Source: Eledone cirrhosa
Taxonomy: Eukaryota
DNA length: 64,000 nt
Direction: 5' to 3'
Assembly: GCA_964016885.1 (NCBI GenBank)
Contig: OZ024743.1
Span: forward strand, 268,460,001 to 268,524,000
Shown: in pieces, positions 1 to 12,989 of the stretch
How positions within the stretch are numbered: position 1 is the first letter of the stretch
How the letters are laid out: every line of letters begins with the position of its first letter
The notes under the pieces: generated by a model
What the model was told of the DNA's origin: nothing
Databases searched by the model: none
The model's input: the letters and a program-made list of their open reading frames with translations, nothing else
Translations under genes and position numbers: made by a program

Positions 1-336
1 GGCTAAAAACTTTTTTCCTACATTAGTTTTAACGTTGAGTGAGAAGGGAGGAGAGAACCAGATATTTTGTCTCTTGTTACAATTTCTTTTCTTATTGCTG
101 TTGTTGTTAGTGGGGGAGTAAGTAATTGGTTGCGAGAAGCCGCTGTTAGCTAACGCCGTGTTGTAGTAGGGTGCCGTTCAGTCAAAGATAATCTTATTAG
201 AGGAGAAGTTAGAGATTCTAGTACTGATATTATTTACGAAATTTCTAAAAAGAGTAGGATGGTGGCATGAGTCCTGGTGTATGTAATATAGTTTTTCGTT
301 TAGCTTATGGAAGGGTCTAAAGGTATGTGTGCGAAG

Positions 337-338
<2 letters not shown>
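1..338 (-). pseudogene. Penelope-like element fragment (RT thumb/linker), continues off the window edge
   Basis: Minus-strand translation ...[42 protein letters not shown]...RQNIWFSPPFSLNVKTNVGKKFLA aligns by eye with ORF 21835-23346 (LHYIHRRSNHP..APYYIQALKRSGF..RNVTWFNLPHNAEVTTPIGKIFF); one stop; abuts (TA)n. Confidence 0.8.
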
Positions 339-383
<45 letters not shown>

Positions 384-636
384 GTATATGTATATATATA
401 TATGTATATATATGTATATATATATATATATGTATATGTATGTATATATATATATGTATATGTATGCATATATTTATATATATATATACACACACTACAT
501 CTCATACATAATATTGATACTCTGCTGACTACAAACATTCAACACACAATTACCACGAAAACACACTTCCTAGGGAATCACTTTGCTCAAGTAATAAAAA
601 TGAATACTCATGTTTGTGCCACCTCGCTCACCCACA

Positions 637-702
<66 letters not shown>

Positions 703-922
703 TATGTGTGTGTGTGGGGGGGGGGGATTATTTAGTTATTTTGTTGATTCCGAGAGGTGGCACAAACAAGAGTATCAATATTATGTTTGAGATGTAGTGT
801 CACTTTAATGCTTTTATTCCGAATCAAGCGTTACCTATGTTCCACAAATGATTTGTTGGGGTATTTCTCGATTAGATAAACCTGATTATCAGACATGTAG
901 ATTAAATAACACGCACACACAC

Positions 923-1009
<87 letters not shown>

Positions 1010-2372
1010 AGGATTGGCTGTGTAGTTGCTAGTTAAGCTAGGCTTTAAAATGGAATGAGAATAAGAAGAAAGCAAGAACAGTGGGGGGGGGAGTTTCCCT
1101 CATCAATTGTCTATTAGGGGTCTCGGCTATTTCAACGCTTTAAAGACAATATATCTACCCTCAGAGCATTCAAGAACTGGCTAAGTTATTGGGAAAACAG
1201 AGGAGGGAGGGAAGGAAAATGGAAAGGAAAAGTAAAAAAAGGGGAGAAAAGAGAAAACAGCGAAAAAAAAAAAACAAATCCAAGAATGTGCGAGCAACTT
1301 AAGGTAAGAAAATCCAAGAACACAACGGTAACTGAACTTAAGTTCTAGTGCGTGTGATCCAACGAAAAGACACGACTGACCCCGGCGAGTGTAGTGTGTC
1401 AGTTTGTTTACAAGTAAACCGCCTCATAAAACACCACGTGGTAGATGACAGTATCATCCTCTTGTTCCGGCGGTAGCTGAGAGAAAACAATAGATAATTG
1501 ACAATTGTTTCGAAGTGTCTTGCCCCTTGTCAAGATTGTGCAATCTGTTCGTTCTGCTACCCGCTGGAACTGCTGAGAATACATACTGATTAGCCTCATT
1601 TGCATACCGAGCGATTTTACGGCCTGCTTTGCCAATTATATAAATAGTACAGAATTTTTAACCGATGCTGTGAGAGATGAGTTTGTAAACATACATTTTC
1701 ATATTAACCACGTAAACATGTTTTATTTACATATTTTTCCGTGGATTGATGTGGATGAACAACTTGATGCGAGTTTGATCTTTAATAAGATTAGCATTAG
1801 AAACTCAAAATCTTTCACAATGCACGAAACTCTTACAACCAAACGCATCATATGCTCATCAGTTTGACAGAAATAAAACACTGAAGCTACAAATTTGCAT
1901 AAATCTACTGTTTAAGGAGGTAGTTAACTCAATTACTTATTAAAGTGTGCACTGTGCAGCCGAAGTATATTATCATTTATATCTGTAAAAATAGTACGGT
2001 CCTTTAGACAAAGCTGCGAGAAGTGTGTGCGTAAACACATAATCTTTGATATTTAGATGTGTAAACGTAATGTATCTACATCGAATGAAAAAATATTACT
2101 AACTCGAATCTAGTTACGATCGTTGTTGACTTCATCCTCAGAAACTGTATACAAAATATTTAAAGTTACCCTAATTGCTTAACTGCCTTCTGCCTCTTTG
2201 GCTCCTTACTTATCTATCTAACTATATGTCTGGATATTTAGCTATCGATGTATTCAACTATTTAAAGGAATATATGGAATATGTACTTAAACATACCAAC
2301 ACAATTTTTAAATCTATTTATCTGTCTATTTATTTCTCTCACTCTCCCCCTCTCTCTCTCTCTCTCTCTTTC

Positions 2373-2431
<59 letters not shown>

Positions 2432-2453
2432 TGTGTGCCTGTGTACGTGTTTG

Positions 2454-2506
<53 letters not shown>

Positions 2507-3399
2507 ATTTAAACCACCTACATTTTCAGTATCGATTAATTCGTCCACATATCCACCACATAACATGTCTGGCGGTTTAACTATTCATCATTCAATTTAT
2601 TCATTCAGCCAGCCATCTATCCAACCATCTAGCTCTCTTTTATGGACTGCCGTCCGTCCATCCATCAACCATTTATTTCATCCACACCAGAGACCATCTT
2701 TATTCCGCACAATATCGATTGGTCAAAGCTGAAATAAATGCAAGCCGATGAAGGATACTGTCCTAAACAGCTGGTCAAACGGAAATAGCTAAAATAGAGA
2801 CCACAAAACCACTGCTGCATTATGGGAAATGAAAAATTGGAAGCTTTCATAGGTTATATTTTAATCTCGTTCTTTCTTTCTCCATGTCCTTATTATAAAC
2901 AGCTGTCGCCTGTTTTGTTGAAATGTCGTGTTCATGATTCTCATTATGTGTATATACATGTGTCCGTCTGTCTGCTTGTCAGTATGTCTGTATGTATTTA
3001 TGGATACATCGTTATGTATATATGTATATGTCTCACTGTTTATGTATCGGTCTGTATGTATGTATGAATGTATACTTGTGTGAATGCAGCTATAAGTATG
3101 TATATATATGTATAAGCTTATACGTATGTAAGAACGTATGTTTGTATTTATGTATACATGTGTGTGAGCAGATATAAGAATGTGTATATATGTATAAGTC
3201 TGTATGCATGTATGAATGTATGAATGTATGTATACATGTGTGTGCAAATATAAGTATGTATATATATATATATGGGTGTGTGTGTGTCTGTCTGTCTGTC
3301 TCCTTCTGTCTGTTTCTGTCTGTTTGTATGTCTGTATGTATGCATTTATGAATGTAAGCATATATATGACGGGGATTTGCTTCATGACCGATTGTTTGA

Positions 3400-3480
3400 T
3401 AAGTTGGTTTCGTAATCATGTAGTCCTGAGTTCGATCCCACTGCATGGCGTCATGAGCATATATCATTTATCTTAGCTTT
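3400..3480 (+). mobile_element. Decayed tRNA-derived SINE head
   Basis: B-box-like GAGTTCGATCCC followed by ACTGCATGGCGTCATGAGC; similar to the minus-strand remnant at 4230-4375. Confidence 0.4.
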
Positions 3481-4229
3481 GACTGAAACTGGGAATTTGG
3501 AAAGAATATGTGAAGACACCAGTCAGTATGACTGACCCTGTTATTTAGAAAAACAACTTTGTCACACACTCGTTCAGCCTAATTCTGCCTCTAGCCAACT
3601 TAATCAATTGCAGTAGATACTAATATAAATATCTTTTAGAACTGCTCAAGACTCGAGAGCCAATTTTCTGGAAATCGTTATTTTCCCAACGTTTTTATTA
3701 GTGTGCTTTGCAATGAAGCTGAAACAATACAACGTTCTTCAATAAACAGCAAAACTGTTATTGTGGGGGAACTGTAATGGTACCAATTATATACTTAGCT
3801 TTGGAATTCTCTTGTAAGGATACCTTTTAATGAGAAATATTTTAATGAGTTTGACGTCTTGTGAAAGAGACTGAATTATATTCAAATGATATCTTGAATT
3901 TCTTTCGCTCTTTTATTCTTTTACAGTTTTCAGTCATTTGATACCGGCATACTGGAGCCCTGCCTTGGATGTGACGAGTATATCGAATCCAGTGCCTATT
4001 TGCCCAAGGCTTGTACTTAGTTTCTTGATATTTTTCTTTTTGTTGTTTTTGTTTATCGATCCGCAAAATTACTGGAAATAAATACACTCTCTCACCGATG
4101 CACATACGTAAGTACATACATATATACTTACATACATACATACAGACAGATGTACGTACATATATACATTCATACATACATGCATACATACATGCTTACA
4201 TTCATGTATGCATGCTTACACACATACAT

Positions 4230-4375
4230 ATCGGGCCTTCATAATTTCCGCCAGAAAAATTAAATTCACAAGCATTGATCAAACCAAGGCTATAGCAGAC
4301 CACAGTTGCCAAAGGTGCAGTGTGACTGAATAGAGAACGACGTGGTTACGAAAAGAATTGTTTTAACAATCAGCC
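4230..4375 (-). mobile_element. Decayed tRNA-derived SINE
   Basis: Reverse complement reads TAACCACGT...GCACCTTTGGCAACTGTGGTCTGCTATAGCCTTGG...GCTTGTGAAT...GGCGGAAATTATGAAGGCCC then (GTAT)n, resembling a common octopus SINE body (recalled, not searched). Confidence 0.45.
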
Positions 4376-4648
4376 GGTGTTTAACTTACTGTATCTTTTC
4401 GATATAGCTACGGCGTGCAACACATTGTTCAATATTGTAAACTAGGGATAATACAATCTATATCAATAGTGTATGCAGTATGCTATAACTATCAAAATGA
4501 AGATAGGTGTTATGCCTAATGATTTATATGCCTCTAAATATTTCCTACAATAATAAATAGATCGTGATAACAGGAATCCGGTTAAAAAGTGATGAAGTCT
4601 CGTACTTTTATGAACTAAACAAATGTTATTGAGAAACTTTGTAATCAC

Positions 4649-4744
<96 letters not shown>

Positions 4745-5243
4745 CATTTCTGTCTTTGTTATTTACATAAATAAACATGTCGTGAGCTACAACGCTTTTT
4801 CAACTATTTCAATTTTACCACCAACTGTGTGATTATCCGTAACAGCTGAGTTCCTCTGCATTCCTCGTTAGAAGGTCATATGATTCTGCCACAGAATGAA
4901 ACTACTTTCCCTATCACTAGGTAGTTACACTTCGAATCTGGCAGTATCGCCGATGAAATCTCTCGATATGATTAAGACTAAACTCTGCTGATGGTTTGCT
5001 TCGTTATTCCTGATTATATAAAGTTTGTAGTGCTTGCTGATGCATCTGCTGTACACAGGACGTAGAAACGAAACTGTACAGTTCGGAGCATATTTGTTTC
5101 CCCTCATTAAGCCGTTTATCTGGTATTTAAAGTATGATGTCTATTCTGGACTGCAAATTCATATTTACGACATGCAACATTAAATTCACTGAAGGAACGG
5201 ATAGTGGAAGAGCTTGACGGAATCTAAATGGAAAGCTCGTTAT

Positions 5244-5296
<53 letters not shown>

Positions 5297-5302
<6 letters not shown>

Positions 5303-5475
5303 AAAAAAAGAAGAAATCGAAAATGCAACTGGAGTGTTATTTTTTTTTTTAAATATATATATTTAAAAAAGAAAAATAAGATCCAGCTGCATTTTCGATT
5401 TCATCTTTTTTTCTTTATACTTTCACTCGTGTAGGACACCTCGGTTATTTTTCATTTTGTAAAAAAGAACCTCAC

Positions 5476-5482
<7 letters not shown>
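5297..5482 (+). mobile_element. Mini palindromic element in (TA)n, probable Penelope 3'-end derivative (family A)
   Basis: Imperfect inverted repeat 5297-5419 (GAAATCGAAAATGCAACTGGA / TCCAGCTGCATTTTCGATTTC) plus one-sided extension 5420-5482; homologous reverse copy at 12693-12898. Confidence 0.7.
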
Positions 5483-5563
<81 letters not shown>

Positions 5564-5639
5564 TATGTATATATATATATAAGTAAATATATTGTATTAT
5601 GTAAAATGCACAGCAAACAGGCATATATCTTTCTAGGGA

Positions 5640-6140
5640 CTGGGAGATTCTCGATACTAGCTGTATCTATTTCTGATTTAAATGTATCTATTTCTGATTT
5701 AGCTGGGTTTATTAACCTACATTTAGGGTTGGGAGCGAAGTTTTGTTTATGGCCTTTACGGCATTAAACATTAATTTCCTTTGTGCTTGGCTTTTACATA
5801 TTTACTGATGGTGCTATTTTTGAGCAATTGGTACTAGCTGCTCCTTATCTACATGGTATATGTTTGTGGTTTTATCACAGAATAACACTGCCTTATTTAA
5901 TGATTTTTTTATGCTGCCGATGTATTTTTTGAGTACGCTTTGATAGGCATTACATCTTTGTTTTTGTTTTGTTTTTTTTCTTTTTGTGGAAACCTTCTTG
6001 ATGTAATGTCATATGCGTACTCGCAAAGCAGGATGCCATAGGCGGTTGTTGTGGAAATAGGCCTTCTGCCTCATATGTTTCATAATGTCAATTAATGTTT
6101 CCATTAGTCCGTTTAGCGTTCATTTCACGGTGTAGAAACA
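5640..6140 (-). pseudogene. Decayed Penelope-like RT N-terminal fragment
   Basis: Minus-strand peptides MKHMRQKAYF, DKTTNIYHVDKE and HKQNFAPNPKCRLINPAKSEI, the motif run that precedes SDIRRISKKILDRV in the 23.3 kb element; frameshifted. Confidence 0.7.
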
Positions 6141-6163
6141 TTTCCATTAAATTGTTTGTTATA

Positions 6164-6260
6164 ATTGTTTCTACTTTTGGCACAAGGCCAGCAATTATCC
6201 CAGTGCATTACTGGTACTTTATTTTATCGACCCCGTAAAGATGAAAGGGAAAGTTAACCT
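6164..6260 (-). mobile_element. SINE 3' fragment (Meta-domain-like family)
   Basis: Reverse complement matches 62245-62333 (CCTTTCATC..TACGGGGTCGATAAAATAAAGTACCAGTAATGCACTGG...GGCCTTGTGCCAAAAGTAGAAAC). Confidence 0.8.
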
Positions 6261-6566
6261 TGTTTATTTTATAATGGACATCTTTTATTATCTTTGTGAT
6301 TGTTGAACGCTCTTATGTTTATCTGGTAGCTATATATCACTAACCATGTGGTTACTTGTTATGCAATATATGGCGGATGGATGTGAGTATGGTGTCGTTG
6401 TGGGATTATAATCAATAAAGAATGGGTCCTCGATATGTATGGCAAACTACCATTTATTAGGTATGAATCGAAGTTGTAGCTGCCATATAGCAGGTAGTAA
6501 TCGAGTTGTTTGAGACAATCGCAAAGCACACAATAGAGCGGTATGTTAATATATTACTGTCTAGAG

Positions 6567-6871
6567 CAGGCATAGGCAACCTTTTTCGAGAAGCGTGCTG
6601 CATGAGATATGGCTCATCATCAGGGGGGGGGGGGGGGGGGGGCAAGCGCTAATTTACATTCGTGCCCACATTAAAAAAAGGGTGGTAACTCAGGTTGTTT
6701 TGATTTGTTTCTTCAGCTTTGGTACACGTTGTTTTCCTCGATCGTGAAAATGAGAGAAAGATAAATTACGACTGAAAAGTTGGGATAAAAAAATCAGAAA
6801 GATTTCACTTAGGTGGCTTAGACGAGCCATTCAGGAATCTTCGCAAGCTGCAGGTTGCCCTTTTCTCTAGA
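6567..6871 (+). mobile_element. hAT (Charlie/Buster-like) MITE
   Basis: Left end CAGGCATAGGCAACCT, right end ..AGGTTGCCC (decayed); 8-bp TSD-like GTCTAGAG / CTCTAGAG fits the NTCTAGAN target preference. Confidence 0.65.
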
Positions 6872-7480
6872 CTCTAGAGTAAACACAGCAGTTAAAAAGT
6901 TTGACACCAAGACAAACGATCGAAGGTAGTGGTCATATATATATATATACCCCAATAACGATAAATACAGAAAGCTTGAAAACGTACCGGGACCATATCA
7001 TATTGATTAAAAGCGATATAATCGATAAAAATATCAGTTAGGTTTCTGGGAAATCCTGTAAGTTATGTAACAAGTTGCATAATGACGATGCAATACATGT
7101 GTGCTCTTCCACGATGGAACGGGAGATCCTTTCATCGGCAGGCTTTGTTCCTTATGTCCAATGTTCGGTCTGACAGCATTAGCATTTTCACCATAGTAGT
7201 AATCCTGTTTGTGTTGTCACACGACTTATCTCAAAAGAGGAAGTCATGCTGGCCGAAGTTTTGACAATTGTTTACAGTGTGTGAAAACAAAGGATTTTCA
7301 CCGCCTTATTACAAAAGCCCTCAACTAGTGTATATAGCAAAAAATAACTGACCCGTTATCGATCGCATATATGAAACTATGAGAAAGTTATAGCTGCTAC
7401 ATAGCAGGTACTAATCGAGTTATTTGAGGCAATCACAAAGCACGCAATAGAGCGGTATATTAATACATTACCGACTAGAG

Positions 7481-7781
7481 AAGTCATGGGTAACTTGCAG
7501 CCAGCGGGTTGCATGAGGCCTGCAAAATTTTATGAATGGCTCGCCTATGTCACCTAAGTGAAATCTTTCTGATTTTTTTACCCAAACTTTTCAGTCGTAA
7601 TTTATCTTTCTATCATTTTACGACCGAGGCAACGTGTACGAATTGTGAAGAAACAAATCAAAACAATCTGAGTTAACACCCTTTTTAATGTGGGCATGAA
7701 TGTAAATTAGTGCTTGCGGCCCGCCTGATGATGAGTCATATATCATGCGGCCCGCTTCTCGAAAAAGGTTACCCATGCCTA
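7481..7781 (-). mobile_element. hAT (Charlie/Buster-like) MITE, same family, opposite orientation
   Basis: Ends AAGTCATGGGTAACTT ... AGGTTACCCATGCCTA; flanks GACTAGAG (7473-7480) / GTCTAGAG (7782-7789); internal sequence is the reverse complement of 6567-6871. Confidence 0.7.
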
Positions 7782-8582
7782 GTCTAGAGTAAACAAAGCA
7801 GTTAAAAAGTGTGATACCAAGGAAAACGACCGAACGCAGTGGCCACAACAACGATATATATATATATAAAATATAAAGATATACATATACACAAACTAGA
7901 GAAAGTCATAGATATATATATATGTTTTTGGCAACCATTCACGATGTGGCTCAATGACGAATTAATTAAGTAAATAATCAACAATCAGAGAAATATACAA
8001 TAAAGTATGTCCATAGAATCATTTGATAAAATATATACACCATTTCCTCTCCCAATCAGCATAATCAACCACACAAAAAAACAATTAAAACAGGCTATAG
8101 GATTAAAAGACACCTATGAAGAAATAATAATAGATAAATAAACGACAGCTATCTATTCGCGATCAACAGCCATAGAATATTTACCCAACATTTCCAATAG
8201 CACGTGGGAATCGATTAAATATATCGTCAACCATACACAATTAGGTATAAAATCTAAGTTAGAATATGGGTGAGTGTGTTCGTCTATGTGTGTATTTAGA
8301 ATGTTACTAATTTAAACTAGCAAAACCACACTTCATATTAGTACCCTGTATTTGAGCAAAATATAGTGTAGATATTAGGAGATGGAAAAGCCCCATGGTC
8401 AAGCTTAAACCGCATTTGTACGTGTGTATATGAGCTTTTACTTGTCGTTATTGTGAGTGTGGAGGGGTGTCTATTCAGCAGTCTTCGTGTAGTGAGGTGG
8501 GTGTAATTGATTATACCTCTGAATGTGGTGGCCCTGTTTTGGCCAGTGTCAAACTACTAAAATCACGAGACGGATAAAACTA

Positions 8583-9005
8583 TCTCCTTATAATATATAA
8601 CCAGCAATTTCTCTGTCTGTCTGTCCGACAGTGGAAACACGTGCGCGCGTGCGAATGTTTTGGGCGCACGCGTAGAGAGAGAGTGAGAGTGAAAGAAAGA
8701 GACAGACTACAAGAGGGGGATAGCGGGAGGGAGAGAGGGGGGAATTGAGGAGTGCTACAGAAACATATATACATTTCTGTGTGTGTGTAATATATATATA
8801 TATACACACAGAAATATACATATATACGCACAGAAATATATATACATTTCTGTATGTGTAATATATATATATACACACAGATATATATATACATTTCTGT
8901 GTGTGTAATATATATATATACACACACAGAAATATATATACATTTCTGTGTGTGTAATATATATATATACTAGCAGAAAACCGCCCACGGGAGGTTTTCT
9001 GCTAG
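8583..9005 (+). mobile_element. Non-autonomous Helitron-like element with internal palindromic minisatellite
   Basis: A|TC start (TCTCCTTATAATATATAACC..(CTGT)n); ends in a hairpin followed by CTAG. Confidence 0.5.
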
Positions 9006-9597
9006 TCTATATATATAAAACTGAGGATGTCCGTCTCTGTGTGAGTGAGTTTGAATCCCTAAAACTAGAGAAGCACCCAACCGACTGTTTTCAAACTTTA
9101 CACATGTAATACTTATGTTTCACGGGGTGTCCTGAGCAAAAATAATTTCGAATTTTCAATGCCCTAGGGACCGCATTAGGCGATTTAGCGATCTCTCTCT
9201 ATAATTCTTAGTCTGTCTCTTTTTAGATAGATACATACATATAATGTCGCGCCTTTATAATATCTGTCTGTATGTATGGCTGTCTGCTTTACGTCACTTC
9301 CTACAATTCGCTTTGCGTCCAGGACGCGCCCTTATAATATCTGTCTGTATGTCTGGCTGTCTGCTGCCTCCGGTTATTCCGCCACCCTTGCTCAAGACAA
9401 ATCTCACACTCATTTCCCAAGAAGTTGGTAAGTGCACACAACTTCTTCCTCGCGTTTTAAGCCACAGTGTTGATTACTTACGTACCACCAGATCCTTACT
9501 GCTTTGCCAGCCGTGGTTGTGGCAATACTAAGCTTAGCTAAGGCGGTTATATATTTCACAATACCTTATCCCGTGCAACGCCGGGTACCATTGCTAG
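9006..9597 (+). mobile_element. Non-autonomous Helitron
   Basis: 5' TCTATATATATAAAAC; 3' GC hairpin CCCGTGCAACGCCGGG (9570-9585) then CTAG|T; 5' ~190 bp and 3' end shared with 45088-45948. Confidence 0.8.
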
Positions 9598-9635
9598 TAT
9601 AATATAAAATCTGACCCATTTTCCGTTTATTCCTA

Positions 9636-9941
9636 GTGTAGGATAAATATATTGAGGATGTAAATATGTGAATAATATATATAACTGGCCAGACATAATA
9701 GCACATACTTACATTCGCATTGTTAAAATTCTCTCTCTGTCTTCCTCTCCATATATATATATATGTGTGTGTGTGTATCTGTGTGTATAAGGAGGGGTAT
9801 GTGTGGGTGTGAATATGTGTGCGTCTGCGTTAAAATACAGATATTTTGCTATATATATATATTTGTAGATGTATTTGATTAGTTATAGAAATCGACAGAC
9901 CAATGGAAAGAAGGAACGCAGAAATATAGATAGATAGAGAG

Positions 9942-9992
<51 letters not shown>

Positions 9993-10677
9993 GAGAGAGA
10001 GATAGAGAGATAGAGAGATAGGTAGATAGATAGTGGGATGTGACTATATAAAGATATGGAAAGATTGCAGTGATAGGACATTCCCACATAAACAAATAAA
10101 TGATTCTATGCGTGTTTTTATGTAAGGAGGTATGTGAGCATATATAATATACATATATATGTGTGCATTTATCCATACATTCTGTCAGAGCCACACACAC
10201 ACAGATATATATAAATGGATGTATTCAGTAAGATAAATCGATAGAGAGAAGGATGACTAAAATAATGCTTTTAAAACCATCATCATTAACTTTCTTTTGT
10301 CTCCCCTAGCAGATAGTTTGATAAATTGATTGACGGAAGAGATCGTCTTTCTAGAATGACTTTAGCGTATATCTAGAGTGGAAAATGAACTCAGTACTTT
10401 CAACGGCAACTCAGGAGATATATCCATGTGGATCACTTAAATGTATTACAGTTTAGGCAGCATTTCCAATGAAAATATCTCGGGGACCTTTTATTTGATG
10501 AATGGATTAGCTAATAGCTGGAATAGATTCTGTAGGATTCATGCTTAAATGGATGAGTAGCACAAGAGTCCGTTGCGTGGTAAATAAATGAATGAATGAA
10601 TAATAATGGCTGAACACAACACACACACACACACACACGCTGACGCACTCAGGCGCAGTTGCATATTAATAAATATG

Positions 10678-10715
<38 letters not shown>

Positions 10716-11457
10716 AATATATACATACATACACACATGCACACGCATATGCACACACACACAAACGCACATACACACAAATATATATATATTTATGTAT
10801 ATATATATATACATGTGTGTGTGTGCGTGTGTATGTGTGTGTGTGTTGGTGCAATCAGTGTAGCATATTTAGCGCGAAAATAATTGATGTAGGTTCGATT
10901 CCCACATAAACTAATGTTCCTAATTCTATTTTCATATCTTTTCACCAGAATACAGAGCGAGTAATTCAGGAGATTAAACAGCCCAAAGAAGGAGCGAAAT
11001 GCCACAACAAATTTTCTCAGTCAGGGCATCATCATGATGCAGCTGCTAGTTTTGAGAGGAGGAGCACGGATCTTGTCGATTGTACCGACCTGCATCATGA
11101 TGCACAACGCTTCGGTAGTCGATGAAATCGAACAGTGTCACTTTGATTGTGCTCTGCTCCAGAAGTGCTAGCTTTGGGCCATCTTTGATTGCCTCGACTG
11201 TGGTGACTGAGATGTGGTTTCCGATCATTCATGCATAGCTAGGTCTTAACTCCAATTATCACGGTATTCAGGAATTAAGGATATCTGTTAGTAGTATCGG
11301 ACGAAATGAATAAGCCACAAGTAAATAGTATAACACCACACAGGGTCATTATCTGATAAATGGTTTGTGTAGGATAAATATATTGATGATGTAAATATGT
11401 GAGTGAAATATATGTCTCGCCATACATAAACGCATATACTCACATTCGCATTGCTAA

Positions 11458-11470
<13 letters not shown>
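9636..11470. repeat. ~100-bp direct repeat pair (9636-9735 and 11367-11465)
   Basis: GTGTAGGATAAATATATTGA.GATGTAAATATGTGA...CATA..TACT.ACATTCGCATTG.TAAA.TTCTCTCTC occurs twice. Confidence 0.7.
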
Positions 11471-11499
<29 letters not shown>

Positions 11500-12087
11500 A
11501 TATATATATATATATATCTTTCTCTCTTGTTCCCTATATATATATATATATATATGAACATCTATCCTCTCTATATCTTATGGTATTGTTGAATATATAA
11601 CTTCAAACAAAAGAATCAAATATACTGTGTGTATTGAGCCTGCTAATTCAGTCTTTAGAATGTCGGATTATATGCCTAGATTTTATTCCAACTCTCTGCA
11701 GTCAAATTTGATTCAAATGGAGTAAAGACCAAATTGACCAAGGCAAGATTTGAATTCAAAGTATAGATAGCCGAAGCCAATACCGTAAATCAATATGTTC
11801 GACGTTCTAACGATTCTACCCAATTTCTGCCTCAATGTATGTATAGAGAACTGTAAACAAGTGGCAATAATGTGTGAGTTTATCAGACGGAGTACCATCT
11901 TTAACTGTCAAGAGAACCATTTCTTATAAACAAAATGTTACAAATACAATTAAACAAGATAGTCCAATTAACATATGTGATGCATTTTGTGTGGTTAGTT
12001 TGATTAATAAATTTCTGCTGCGTGGATACATGGAATTGTTTCAATGCTGTACAATACATAAATAAACACGCGCGCGCGAGAGCACAC

Positions 12088-12133
<46 letters not shown>

Positions 12134-12176
12134 GAGTTTCCGGCTCGTATTGGCCGATAATACTTGTTGTTGTTTT

Positions 12177-12222
12177 AATTGCCCTGATGAGTCCTTAATA
12201 GGATGAAACATTGTTGGCTAAT
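12177..12222 (+). ncRNA. Minimal type I hammerhead ribozyme in an isolated pLTR-like fragment (12132-12368)
   Basis: GCC-CTGATGA-GTCCT taat AGGAT-GAA-AC att GT-T-GGC: intact core, stem I GCC/GGC, 2-bp stem III, GUU triplet; AATAAA follows; fragment flanked by (TA)n. Confidence 0.75.
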
Positions 12223-12372
12223 AAAGACTTTTGATGTATTGAAGGCTTCTTTGTTTTACTTTCATAATTCTTCGGATCTGTTTAATCACATTGAGCTATA
12301 CCTTTTACTGTCATTTCTATAATACGAAGAGGGTGTTTAACTCCAACACGCTCCAGTATTTTAACCCTTATA

Positions 12373-12449
<77 letters not shown>

Positions 12450-12478
12450 TTATATATATATTTATATATATATTTATA

Positions 12479-12981
<503 letters not shown>

Positions 12982-12989
12982 TTATATAT

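Larger units (their letters stand above)
6470..7850. repeat. Diverged direct duplication (units ~6470-6935 and ~7385-7845), each containing a hAT MITE
   Basis: AAGTT(G/A)TAGCTGC..ATAGCAGGTA.TAATCGAGTT..TTGAG.CAATC.CAAAGCAC.CAATAGAGCGGTAT and CTAGAGTAAACA.AGCAGTTAAAAAGT.TGA.ACCAAG both occur twice. Confidence 0.85.

Noticed and set aside
1408-1635. 75-aa ORF faintly resembling the segment before a GIY-YIG (TLRN..LPPEQ..VIY); similar faint signal at ~8080-8230
   Set aside because: No YIG or other diagnostic motif; too weak to call
2745-2780. Hammerhead-like CCGATGA-AGGA..TCC-TAAAC (similar weak cases at ~1130-1170 minus and 19335-19367)
   Set aside because: Two or more core or stem defects each; at most fossil pLTR remnants
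8756-8968. CRISPR-like palindromic repeats
   Set aside because: No unique spacers, no cas genes, eukaryotic context
10290-10460. Candidate host exon after a polypyrimidine-AG
   Set aside because: Stops in all three frames soon after the acceptor; no coding support
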